Assembly: GCA_963816395.1 (NCBI GenBank)
Contig: CAWFKQ010000005.1
Span: 463,648 to 527,647 of the forward strand
DNA length: 64,000 nt
Reading direction: 5' to 3'
Origin: an uncultured delta proteobacterium
GTDB taxonomy: Bacteria > Desulfobacterota > Desulfuromonadia > Desulfuromonadales > JACZKF01
The notes beneath the pieces were generated by a model. The model was not told the DNA's origin. It worked only from the letters and a program-made list of their open reading frames with translations, and ran no database searches. The position numbers and the translations under genes are program-made. Position 1 is the first letter of the stretch; the number at the start of each line of letters is the position of its first letter. Below are positions 50,301 through 62,034 of the stretch, piece after piece.

Positions 50301-53300
50301 CTACGCCTCCTCGGTCTGCTTGGCCTGGCCGCTCTTGAGCCCCTGCGCCCCCACCTGCTTGCTCCTCTCCACCACCGGCAGGTCGCGCGGCACCTCGTCC
50401 GGCAGCGGCCCGGCCGGCATCTTGCCGGTTGCCGCCCGGCGCCAGCGGCTGCGCCGCCCCGGGCGGATATCGCCGGAGAAGGCCTTCGATTCCTCGATCG
50501 AGACATTCGGGTCGGCGACGAAGGGGATCAGGTCATTGGCTGAATCGCCGGTCACCCGGCCGACGTACCCCCAGTGGTAGGGGAGGCCGATCTGGTGCAC
50601 CAGGCGCCCCTGGATGGTCAGCGACGGCACCCGCGGGGTGACCAGCACCCGCGTTTCGATCTCCCCCCGGGCGGTAAACACCGTCGCCCAGTCGCCGTTC
50701 GCCAGCCCCCTCTCGGCCGCCAGCTGCGGCGAGATCTCGCAGAACATCTCCGGCATCAGCTCCGAGAGCCAGGTGAGCCAGCGGCTCATCCCGCCGGCCG
50801 TGTGGTGCTCGGTGAGGCGGTAGGTGGTGACCACGCAGGGGAAGCGCGGATCCTCCCAGGCCCGGTGATAGGGGTTGTCGGCGCGCAGCCATTCCATGCG
50901 CGCCGGGTTGCACTGCTGGCCGTAGAGGGGGTTGCGGATCACCGACTCCTGCGGCTCGTAGTGGGTGGGGAGCGGGCCGTCGAGGAGGCCCGCCGGATCG
51001 TACAGCCACCCCTTCCCTTCCGCCTGCATGATGAAGGGGTCGATGCCGGAGAGGGCGTCGAGCCCCTGCGCCCCCTCCGGCGGCCGATAGGAAGGCGGCC
51101 GGGTCTTGATGAAGTCGGGAACGTCGTGCCCGGTCCATTCCCCTTTCTGTTCATCCCACCAGATGTATTTCTTGCGTTCCGACCAGGGGCGCCCCTCGGG
51201 ATCGGCCGCGGCCCGGTTGTAGAGGATGCGCCGGTTGGCCGGCCAGGCCCAGGCCCACTCCGGGGCGACCCAGCTCTGCTCCTCGGCCGGCTTGCGGCGG
51301 GCCGGCTGATTGATCCGGTCCTTGTAGCAGCCGGAATAGATCCAGCAGCCGCAGGCGGTCGAGCCGTCGTCCTTGAGGGACTTGAACCCCTTGACCGGCT
51401 CGCCGTCGGCGACGGTGAAGCCGTTGATCTCGAAGAGGACCGCCTCGGCCACCGGTTCGGCGTGCTCCCCCTTGACCGGGTAATCCCAGGTCAGATCGCG
51501 GAGGGGACGGTCCTTCGGATCGGCGGAATCGGCGTAGAGCTCCTTCAGCCGCTTCCCCAGGTGATAGACGAAATGCAGCTCGCTGCGCGCCTCGCCGGGC
51601 GGCTCGATGGCGGCGTGATGCCACTGCAGCAGCCGCTGGGTGTTGGTGAAGCAGCCGTCCTTCTCGGTATGGGCGGCGGCGGGGAAGAAGAAAACCTCGG
51701 TAGCGATCTCCTCCGGGCCGACGTCGCCGGCCTCGATTTCCGGCGCCGTGCGCCAGAACTCCGCCGTCTCCGTCGGGGCGAAATCCCGCACCACCAGCCA
51801 GTCGAGCTGCCGCAGCGCCTTGCGCTGCAGGGCGCCGTTCATCGAGCCGACCACCGGGTTCTCCCCCATGACGAAATACCCCTTGACCAGGCCGTCGGCC
51901 ATGGCGGCGGTGGTGACGAAGTGGGAATGGTCGCCGCTGAGCATCGGCAGGTGCCCGTAGCCCCAGTCGTTCTCCGCCGTCGCCGCCTCGCCGTACCAGG
52001 CCTTGAGCAGGGAGACCATGTACTTGGGAAACTCGCTCCACCAGCCGGAGGCCGACTCGTTGTGGGCGATGTACTTCTGCAGATCGAGATCGTATTTCGC
52101 CTTCGGCATCGGCAGGTAGCCGGGGAGCAGGTTGTACAGGGTGGGGATGTCCGTGGAGCCCTGGATGGAGGCGTGCCCGCGCAGGGCCAGGATGCCGCCG
52201 CCGGGGCGGCCGATGTTGCCCAGCAGCAGCTGGACGATGGCGGCGGTGCGGATGTACTGCACGCCCACCGTGTGCTGCGTCCAGCCGACGGCATAGCAGA
52301 AGGCGCTGGTGCGCTCGCGTCCGGAGTTGGCGCACAGCGCCTCGGCCACCTTGTGGAAGAGGTCCGGCGGAATACCGCAGATCTGCTCCACCATCTCCGG
52401 GGTGTAACGGGAGTAATGGCGCTTGAGGATCTGGAAGACGCAGTGCGGATGCTGCAGGCTCTCATCGCGCTCCAGGGCGGTGATCGTCGCGCCGCGCTCC
52501 GAGCGGGGCTCGCCGGTGAACTGCTCCCGGTGCCCGGCCGCCGGCGCCACCTGCGTCCCCTTGTATTGCCAGGAGGCCGGATCGTACTGGCCGGTCTGCG
52601 GGTCCCAGCCGCTGAAGATCCCGTCCAGGTCCTCGGTGTCCTGGAAATCGTCGGAGACGATCGCCGCCGCATTGGTGTAGTTCACCACGTACTCATGGAA
52701 CCAGCGGTCGTTCTGCAGGATGTAGTGGACGAGACCGCCGAGGAAGGCGACGTCGCTCCCCGGCCGGATCGGCACGTGGATGTCGGCCACGGCGCTGGTG
52801 CGGGTGAAGCGCGGATCGACATGGATGAGGGTCGCCCCCCGCCGCTTCGCCTCCATCACCCAGCGGAAGCCGACGGGATGGCACTCGGCCATGTTCGAGC
52901 CTTCGATGACGATGCAGTCGCTGTTCTGCAGGTCCTGCTGGAAGGTGGTGGCGCCGCCGCGCCCGAAGCTGATCCCCAGACCGGGGACCGTCGAGGAATG
53001 TCATATTCGCGCCTGGTTTTCGATCTGCACCATCCCCAGAGCGCCGCTGAAGAGCTTCTTGATCAGGTAATTTTCCTCATTGTCCAGGGTAGCGCCGCCG
53101 AGGTGAGCGATCCCCAGGGTGCGCCGCAGGGGATGGCCCTCCGCGTTCTGCTCCTCCCAGGTGGCGTCGCGAACCTTCTTCACCCGCTCGGCGACCATCT
53201 GCATCGCCTCTTCCAGGGGGAGGGTCTCCCACCGCTGCCCGTAGGGGCGGCGGTAAAGGACCTCCTTGACCCGGTGCGAACCGGTCACCAGCTGGAAGGT

Positions 53301-53579
53301 CGCGGCTCCCTTCGGGCAGAGACACCCCCGGGAGATCGGCGAGGCCGGATCCCCCTCGATGTCGGTGATGCGGCCATCCTTGACGTACACCAGCTGGCCG
53401 CAGCCCACTCCGCAGTAGGGGCAGACCGAGCCCACCACCTTGTCGGCGGTCTTCGTCCGCGGCTGCAGTTCCCGGGTGCGCTCGGACATGGCCGAACGGC
53501 CCAGACCGGTCGGGTCCTTCTCCAGCACCTGGCGCACGGCAGGCCAGGACAATGGGGACAAGCGCGAGCGTTTCCGCAT
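50301..53579 (-). CDS. Selenocysteine-containing Mo/W formate dehydrogenase alpha subunit (FdnG/FdhA-like)
   Basis: ORFs 53001-53579 and 50301-52892 are in one frame joined through TGA (53003-53001): ENQARI-U-HSSTVPGL, the Sec-His site. Also CPYCGVGC and LRGH. 1092 aa. Confidence 0.92.
52971..52989 (-). promoter_or_regulatory. Bacterial SECIS element
   Basis: 11 nt after UGA: GGUCCCC-GGUCU-GGGGAUC hairpin with apical GGU, the same spacing as the E. coli fdhF SECIS. Confidence 0.85.
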
Positions 53580-53987
53580 CTTCGATCACCTTTCATGAGG
53601 GTAAGAGAGAAGATTTGAAATTTCAGGGCCTTACTCTCTGGGGATATCCTAAAACCGTGCTCTGTCAACCCAGGATTGCCCCTGAAACACGGCGGCGGAT
53701 CGGAAAGAAAGCGAAGGGGCTGCCGGTTCGATGGCAGGCGGGGCAAAACGGTTTACAGCGCCACCACCCTCCGGGCTGGGGTGTGGGGATGGTGGGTTTG
53801 CGACGCTGCCTTGTCGCAGGCGACGCAACCCGCGACGTAGCAGGCGCCTCCCGTATTCCCGCAGCGATTTCTTCAACCCATTGAAATTACTTTTCTTCCG
53901 CCGGCCTCTTGCAATTGGAACGGCCCTTGATATGGGTTAATAACCAGAGTCGATGGAAAAATTTCCAAACCAAAGGAGGTAACGGAC

Positions 53988-54431
53988 ATGGCAACGATGG
54001 ATCTTTTCAGGGAAATGGAAAACCTGCGGCGGGAAATCGACAGCGCATTCAGAGGCTTCGGTCGCGGGGTGGTGTTTGAGCCGTCCTTTCTGCCGGGGCT
54101 GGGCGCCGGCCGTTACCCGCAGGTCAATCTGCGAGAGGACAGTGAGAATCTCTATGTCGAGGCCCTGATTCCCGGACTCGAGGTCAAGGACCTGGAACTT
54201 TCCGTGATGCGCAACACTCTCACCCTCTCCGGGGAGCGCCGGGAAAGGGCAGAGAACGCAACCTGGCACCGCAACGAGCGCGGAAGCGGCAAATTCCTGC
54301 GGACTATTGAGCTGCCGGTGGAGATCAACCCCGAACGCGTGAAAGCCGAATGCCGCAATGGCGTGCTGCTCATTGCCATGCCCAAATCGGAAGCGGCGCG
54401 GCCGAAAAAGATTTCAATTCAGGCGAGTTAG
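53988..54431 (+). CDS. Small heat-shock protein Hsp20
   Basis: YPQVNL, ER-x-GKF-R-IELP, A-x3-NGVL-I-MPK. Confidence 0.93.
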   Translation: MATMDLFREMENLRREIDSAFRGFGRGVVFEPSFLPGLGAGRYPQVNLREDSENLYVEALIPGLEVKDLELSVMRNTLTLSGERRERAENATWHRNERGSGKFLRTIELPVEINPERVKAECRNGVLLIAMPKSEAARPKKISIQAS

Positions 54432-54524
54432 CTCCAGATAAAGAATTCGGACTAAAACCCTGATTGCGATTTTTCAGGGTAAAAGGCACGACTAAAATAA
54501 ATCCGAGAGCAAAGGAGAAAAACC

Positions 54525-54923
54525 ATGGCCAACCGTAATATTCCCGTGACCCGTGGCGAAGGCGCCATGCGCGGCCGCGAAGAAACCCGCACTCCGGAAA
54601 ACTTCATCCGGCCGGCAGTAGACATCTATGAGACCGAAGAAGGGCTGACCCTGTTGGCCGACCTGCCGGGAGTGGCCAAGGACGGTCTGGAGGTGGATAT
54701 CGACAAGGGGATTCTGAGCATCAAGGGAACGGTCGGCGAGTTCGGCGGCGGCAATGACCTGTACCGGGAATTTGTTCTTGCCAACTACTACCGGCAATTC
54801 CAGATTCCCGACGAGATCGACCCCGAGAAAGCCAGTGCCGAACTCAAGGACGGCGTCCTCACCCTGCAGCTGCCCAAGGCCGAAGCCGCCAAGCCGCGCC
54901 GGATCGAGATCACCGCCCATTGA
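54525..54923 (+). CDS. Small heat-shock protein Hsp20
   Basis: PAVDIYET, ADLPGV, AELKDGVL, IEI tail. Confidence 0.93.
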   Translation: MANRNIPVTRGEGAMRGREETRTPENFIRPAVDIYETEEGLTLLADLPGVAKDGLEVDIDKGILSIKGTVGEFGGGNDLYREFVLANYYRQFQIPDEIDPEKASAELKDGVLTLQLPKAEAAKPRRIEITAH

Positions 54924-54966
54924 GCTATGGACGCGGAAGCCAGCTGAGCGAGGCCCAGCGAGAAAG

Positions 54967-54990
54967 GGCCGCTGCCTTGGGGCAGCGGCC
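54967..54990. terminator. Terminator hairpin between convergent genes
   Basis: GGCCGCTGCC-TTGG-GGCAGCGGCC. Confidence 0.65.
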
Positions 54991-55052
54991 TCTTGTTCAC
55001 TTTCACGCCTGAATACGGGGGCCGGATCGACTGCCTCCAGATTCCGGGGACC

Positions 55053-55265
55053 TCAGATTTCCACGTGGGATTTGAAATCCTCCAGTTTTTTGCCCCCCAT
55101 GCCGAAAACATTCCGCAGCTCCTCCACGTTCTGAAAGCGGCCGTGGATCTCCCGGTAGTTGATGATGGCATCGGCGGTTTCTTCACCGACCCCTTCGATG
55201 GACATGAGTTCTTCGCGGCTTGCCGAATTGATTTTGATTTTTTGCTCCGGCGCCTTCCTGGCCAT
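55053..55265 (-). CDS. ComEA-like helix-hairpin-helix DNA-binding protein
   Basis: IKINSASREEL-x-IEGVG, IINYR-x2-HGRF, V-x-GMG; no signal peptide. Confidence 0.85.
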   Translation of the reverse strand: MARKAPEQKIKINSASREELMSIEGVGEETADAIINYREIHGRFQNVEELRNVFGMGGKKLEDFKSHVEI

Positions 55266-55512
55266 GTTCCCTCCTCTCCGCTGTCGTTTTTTCGCCCGCA
55301 GCCGAATCCGGTTTTCAGCTTAGACTCCCCCTCCGCGCTGTCAAGCTATTGAGAAAATGAGGGTTTTCATTGAGAATCCGGGGCTTCGGGCAGGCTGGAC
55401 GGCTGCGGCGGTCTGGAGGGGAAGCGGCTGGTGGCCTGTCGGAAGAGCCGGGCGGCGATGCTCGAAGGGCGGAAAGGGGAAGCTCAAGCGGTAGCGCGAA
55501 TGCAGTGATTTT

Positions 55513-56082
55513 TCAGGCGGGCTTTCGGGCGACGACCCCGGCCAGCCCCCCACCCCGGCGGGCGGCTTCGAGGCCCTCTTCGTGCCGGAGGATTTCCCAG
55601 CCGGCGAAGACTTCCTTCAATTCTCCGGGGCGCAGGACAAAATCAGGGTTTTCCGGCCCTCCCGGAAAATCGCCCGCCGAAGAGAAGGTGCGCACCACCG
55701 CCAGACCGCCCGGGGCGACCGCGGCGCGCAAATGGGGCAAGAGGCTGCGCTGCAGGTAGAAAAAGAGCATTACCAGGTCGAAACCGACAGGGAGCTCTGT
55801 CGTCTGCTCAAGATCGACATGTTTGACCGTTATTTTTCGTTTGAAGTCCTTCCCCTCGGCGGCGAGCAGGGCCAACCCCTCATCCGCCTGATCCATGGCG
55901 ACAACCTCCCACCCGCGCTCGGCCAGGAAGAGGGTATTGCGCCCCCGACCGCAGGCGATATCCAGTGCCCGTCCCGGCGGAGGCAGCAAGGGAGCCGCCC
56001 GCACCAGCCATTCATCGGCTTCCAGAGGACGGTCCGCCCTCTCCAGCCAGTGCCGATTCCATTTTTCCCGCAGCGCATCCAT
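55513..56082 (-). CDS. Class I SAM-dependent methyltransferase (TehB-like)
   Basis: ALDIACGRGRN-x-LFLA; LRPGEL. Confidence 0.85.
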   Translation of the reverse strand: MDALREKWNRHWLERADRPLEADEWLVRAAPLLPPPGRALDIACGRGRNTLFLAERGWEVVAMDQADEGLALLAAEGKDFKRKITVKHVDLEQTTELPVGFDLVMLFFYLQRSLLPHLRAAVAPGGLAVVRTFSSAGDFPGGPENPDFVLRPGELKEVFAGWEILRHEEGLEAARRGGGLAGVVARKPA

Positions 56083-56170
56083 AGTCAGATAGTTTCGCAG
56101 AAAGTTCATCAAGAGACAACAGACATCAGAAAGATCGGTCGTGTGGTCGCGTCAATGAGAGCCGCGGGGG

Positions 56171-56491
56171 CTACTTTCGTCGGCCTCCGGGCTTTCGTTC
56201 GCGGCCTTGCCGTCCCGGGCTGTCCCCCCGAGGACCGGCAGTCGTTTGCGGTCGGGCCTGGGTGACGGAGATGACCCGGTTGATAAGCAGCGCGCCATCG
56301 AGAGAGGCGATCGCCTCGCGGGCTTCCGCCTCGCTCGCCATCTTCACGTACCCGCACCCCTTGAACTCGCCGGTCCTGGCATCGGTGACCAGGTGGATGT
56401 AGGACACCTTGCCGATCACCGAGAACAGCTTGCGCACCTCCTCCTCCGTCGCCTCTCGAGAGATGTTCCGCACGTACAGGTCCTTGCTCAT
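56171..56491 (-). CDS. RRM RNA-binding protein
   Basis: RNP2 LYVRNI, RNP1 KGCGYVKM, G/R-rich tail. Confidence 0.9.
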   Translation of the reverse strand: MSKDLYVRNISREATEEEVRKLFSVIGKVSYIHLVTDARTGEFKGCGYVKMASEAEAREAIASLDGALLINRVISVTQARPQTTAGPRGDSPGRQGRERKPGGRRK

Positions 56492-56630
56492 CAGGTTCCT
56501 CCCGCTGGTTGTCCGGATGGATGCCGTGTCACCCGCCGATTGCGGTGCCATCCTTGGATACTAACATATCTCAGGATTCGGCTACCCCGAGCACGCTGAC
56601 CCGGCGATCCGCCCTTCCTTCAGCCGCCTC

Positions 56631-58265
<1,635 letters not shown>

Positions 58266-58287
58266 CTGCTCTCTGCTTTCCCTGGGC

Positions 58288-58320
58288 AAAAATAAAAACC
58301 ACAGGGATGACCCTGTGGTT
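58288..58320 (-). terminator. Terminator-like hairpin in the ABC-F leader
   Basis: Minus strand AACCACAGGG-TCAT-CCCTGTGGTT-TTTATTTTT, ending 22 nt before the ATG. Confidence 0.6.
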
Positions 58321-58548
58321 GGCAAGACACTATTTATAGCATTGGTTGCCTTGTGGGGGCAAATTTTTTTGGAGGTCAACACTTCACCGGCGGTCCCTCT
58401 GGAGGTGGCTCCCTTCGGTACTCGGAACTATTTACCTTCGGGCCCTGGTCCGTGCGGCCAGTGATCAGTTGAACGGCGGAAGGGCCCGGATAATGACCGG
58501 GTCACCCGGGCGCCAGCGCTTCATCAACCATTACTACTTTGCTGCCGG

Positions 58549-59352
58549 CTACCGATGTGGATTCGCTGGCGGCTGTGTTTCGATCTGTTCCTGGAGGTCA
58601 ATGAGTGGCTGCTGGCTCACCGTGAGAAATCCCTCACGTGGTCGGTCGAGATCGACCACGAGGGTGATGACCGCACCAAGGACGGCAATCAGTACGATGG
58701 CGGTGAGGGGGCTGCGCCGACCGGTGAGGCCGGCGTTGTAGCCCACCATCCCCAACGTCAGCATCGAGCCGAGCAGAAGGAGGATGAGGATCGTCTCGGG
58801 AACGCGCGCGTACAGGCCCGCAATGACCCGCGTCTCGTGCAAGTCGATCGTCTCGTTCAGTGAATCGATGAAGAGGGCCAGGACGTCCGATTCGGGCGTG
58901 GCGCGGGCCAATCCTTCGGCGATCGACCAGATCTTGGCCTGGATCTCGGCCGAGCGGGCGATCCTCACCCGCACGTCTGCGAGATCGTTGGTCACGATGC
59001 GCAGGGGCACGTACTCGCGGAGCAGATCCCGGATTTCGCTCGAAGCCGGCTCCGGCAGGTAGCCGGCCCGGAGATACGTGGTGCCCACCGAGTTCGCCTC
59101 GGCGAGCACGAGCCTGCGGCGCGTGTCGAAGCGATCGGATGCCATCCCCATTGTGATTGCGAGCAGGAACGCCATGAGGGCCAGGAGCGAGCCCACGATC
59201 ATATTCGTGGGACCTTCCTTCTCGTCGGGCGTTCGCTGCTGCCACCAGTGCCCGAGGCGGTAACCGCCCTCGGACGTGATCAGCGCGACGATCGCAAACG
59301 CTACGAAGACGCCGACGATCGGCAGTGAATCAATAAACAGCTGGAAACGCAT
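58549..59352 (-). CDS. DUF4239/bestrophin-like membrane protein
   Basis: LLAL-AFLLAIT, RFD-x-RR-x4-EANSVGT-YLR, DLDRPR-GF. Confidence 0.72.
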   Translation of the reverse strand: MRFQLFIDSLPIVGVFVAFAIVALITSEGGYRLGHWWQQRTPDEKEGPTNMIVGSLLALMAFLLAITMGMASDRFDTRRRLVLAEANSVGTTYLRAGYLPEPASSEIRDLLREYVPLRIVTNDLADVRVRIARSAEIQAKIWSIAEGLARATPESDVLALFIDSLNETIDLHETRVIAGLYARVPETILILLLLGSMLTLGMVGYNAGLTGRRSPLTAIVLIAVLGAVITLVVDLDRPREGFLTVSQQPLIDLQEQIETQPPANPHR

Positions 59353-59806
59353 CGTCACTCACGCTTGCAGGCTTGTAGGTAGACCGAGGCTTTCCTCATG
59401 GGCAAGGCACAATCGATCGTTTGCCGGACGATGGTCGCCTGAGGTTAAATCTTCGACTCTGGCATCTGCGACCGATCTCCTGGCCATTCGTCGACCTGAG
59501 CATGGAGTACAGTTCGCCCTTGGAGGTGGACCCGGCCTCAACCGCCCCTTCCCACAATTAATTAACTTACGTTAAAAATATCCGGTCCGCTGCCGAAGGC
59601 AAGCATGCTACAAAAAAATTCTATTTTATTCGAAAGCCGTCTGAGGTCGCATTTACAGACAACTGATCGAACCAGGTAGCGGACGGGCGCCTTTCGGTCA
59701 GGTGTCCCCTTCTGGTAGAATATTCATATGTGTCTTGCCATTGTCCTTGCGCCTCTCCTTCTTCGAGAATGGCCAGGACAAGATCCAGCACCGAAGGAGA
59801 ATAATC

Positions 59807-61228
59807 GTGCAAGAATTCAGACTGATTATCGACGGCGAAAAGATCGCCGCCGAAAAGTATTTCGCCGTTGTTAATCCGGCCACGGAAGAGGTCGTTGCCC
59901 AGTGCCCGGACGCCGAAGTCGGACACCTCGATCAGGCCGTTGAGGCGGCCCATAGAGCGTTCGCCAGCTGGTCCGTGGTCGATGATGCAGTGCGCGTCCG
60001 GGCCCTCAACGACATCGCCGATACCCTGGAGAAACACCAGGAAGAGCTGATGCGGCTCCTCACCCTGGAGAACGGCAAGCCGCTGGGCGGCTATCAGGGG
60101 ATCGGCTCCGGCATGGAGGTAGGGGGAGCCATTGCCTGGACCCGTGCCACTGCCGGAATCGAACTTCCCGTCGAAATCATCCAGGACGACGCCGAAGCCT
60201 ATATCGCCGTCCATCACAAGCCCCTCGGCGTTGTCGGCTCCATCCCGCCGTGGAACTGGCCCCTGCTGATCGCCATCTGGCATGTGATGCCCGCCCTGCG
60301 GACCGGCAACACGGTGGTCATCAAGCCCTCCTCGCTCACCCCGCTGACCACTCTGCGCTTCGTCGAACTCGCCAACGAAGTCCTTCCCCCCGGCGTGCTC
60401 AATATCGTGACGGCAACGGGCGGAATCGGCAGCGCCATGGCCAAACACCCGGACATTCAGAAGATCGTCTTCACCGGATCGACCCCGACCGGCAAGAAGA
60501 TCATGGGCAACGCCTGCGGCAACCTGAAACGGCTGACCCTCGAGCTGGGCGGCAATGACGCGGGAATTGTCCTGCCCGACGTGAATCCGGCAGAGGTGGC
60601 CCCCGATATCTTTTCCGCCGCCTTCAACAACAACGGCCAGACCTGTGCCGCCTTGAAGCGGCTCTATGTCCATGCCGATATCTACGAACAGCTGTGTGAG
60701 GCGCTGGCCGGGATTGCCAGAAAAGTCGTTACCGGCAACGGGCTGAACCCTGGCGTGGAGCTGGGGCCGCTGCAGAATCGGGATCAATTCAACCTGGTCC
60801 GCGAACTGGCGGAGGATGCGCGAAAGGCCGGCGGCCGTTTTCTCTGTGGCGGCAGCCCCATGCCGGGTCCCGGCTACTTCTTTCCCGCGACCCTGGTGGC
60901 GGATATCAGCGACGGGGTGCGTCTGGTCGATGAGGAACAGTTCGGGCCGATCCTTCCCATCATCCGCTACACCGACGTGGAGGACGCCATCCGCCGGGCC
61001 AACAACAGCCCATTCGGCCTGGGCGGGTCCATCTGGTCGGCGGACCGGGAAAAGGCCGCCCACCTGGCAAGGCGTCTGGAGTGCGGCACCGCCTGGGTGA
61101 ATACCCACTCCACTATCCAGCCGAATGCGCCCTTCGGCGGGGTCAAACAGTCAGGGTTCGGCGTGGAATTCGGCCGCTACGGCATGGAGGAATACACCTC
61201 CATTCAGACTCTGAAGATAATGAGATAA
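59807..61228 (+). CDS. Aldehyde dehydrogenase family protein
   Basis: GAAGGAGA RBS + GTG; PWNWP, FTGSTPTG, LELGGND, GQTC, EEQFGP, PFGGVKQSG. Confidence 0.93.
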   Translation: MQEFRLIIDGEKIAAEKYFAVVNPATEEVVAQCPDAEVGHLDQAVEAAHRAFASWSVVDDAVRVRALNDIADTLEKHQEELMRLLTLENGKPLGGYQGIGSGMEVGGAIAWTRATAGIELPVEIIQDDAEAYIAVHHKPLGVVGSIPPWNWPLLIAIWHVMPALRTGNTVVIKPSSLTPLTTLRFVELANEVLPPGVLNIVTATGGIGSAMAKHPDIQKIVFTGSTPTGKKIMGNACGNLKRLTLELGGNDAGIVLPDVNPAEVAPDIFSAAFNNNGQTCAALKRLYVHADIYEQLCEALAGIARKVVTGNGLNPGVELGPLQNRDQFNLVRELAEDARKAGGRFLCGGSPMPGPGYFFPATLVADISDGVRLVDEEQFGPILPIIRYTDVEDAIRRANNSPFGLGGSIWSADREKAAHLARRLECGTAWVNTHSTIQPNAPFGGVKQSGFGVEFGRYGMEEYTSIQTLKIMR

Positions 61229-61283
61229 GGGCAAACCCCGCAGAAAAAGCCTGCCGGGCGCCACGGGAAAATGGAGGAGAGGG

Positions 61284-61721
61284 ATGGACGAATACATGCG
61301 GGCCGCTTTGGCCGAGGCGAGGATGGGGCTGGCGGAGGGGGGGATTCCCGTCGGGGCGGTGCTCGTTCACGACGGGCGGATCATCGGCCGCGGCCGTAAC
61401 CAGCGGGTGCAGCGCGGGAGCGCCATCCTCCATGGCGAGACGGATGCCCTCGAGAACGCCGGCCGGCAGCCGGCCGCCGTCTACCGGCAGTGCACGCTCT
61501 ACACGACTCTCTCCCCCTGTGCCATGTGCAGCGGGGCGATTCTTCTCTTCGGCATCCCGAAGGTGATCGTGGGTGAAAATCAGACCTTCATGGGAGAAGA
61601 AGAGCTGCTGCGGTCGAGGGGGGTGTCGGTCGAGGTGCTGCAGGATGCGGAATGCATCGGGATGATGCAGGATTTCATTGCCGCCAGGCCGGAATTGTGG
61701 AACGAGGATATCGGGAAATGA
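61284..61721 (+). CDS. Cytosine/nucleoside deaminase (FCY1-like, CDA fold)
   Basis: HGE and PCAMC zinc motifs; C-terminal PELWNEDIG. Confidence 0.88.
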   Translation: MDEYMRAALAEARMGLAEGGIPVGAVLVHDGRIIGRGRNQRVQRGSAILHGETDALENAGRQPAAVYRQCTLYTTLSPCAMCSGAILLFGIPKVIVGENQTFMGEEELLRSRGVSVEVLQDAECIGMMQDFIAARPELWNEDIGK

Positions 61722-62034
61722 TCCCGCCCCCCGGGTGACATTCCGGGGGGCATCCCCCCTAATATGTACAATTCGGAGCTTGTGAGCACGCTTCGAGGGT
61801 CCCGCCTGCCTTCCGGGTGATTCACAGCGCCTGCCTTCACCATCCTCAGGTGTACACCGGGCTCAACAGCAGTCGCATGATAGCGGTTTTCACAGAAGGC
61901 GCCCTTGCTAGCGCCGGCGGGAATTTTTCTCGGTGCCTTGTTTAAAAAAATTTTAGCTATATATAATTCATGCTATAGGTCGTTGGATTGGCCCACAGGG
62001 ACACGGAACCACTCGGCTGAAGAGGGAGACCGCC

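Noticed and set aside
50574..53618. 1014-aa plus-strand ORF, and reading the FDH alpha as two genes
   Set aside because: The long ORF is an antisense shadow; the split is an in-frame Sec UGA with SECIS.
53846..53857. Moco riboswitch-like GCCTCCCGTATT near the FDH operon
   Set aside because: Wrong strand relative to fdh and the rest of the motif is not evident.
59359..59541. Short minus-strand ORF or mobile-element remnant
   Set aside because: No RBS, motif or terminal repeats recognisable.
61229..61275. GGGCAAACC GEMM-like start between ALDH and the deaminase
   Set aside because: The spacer is only about 55 nt, too short, and the downstream consensus is missing.
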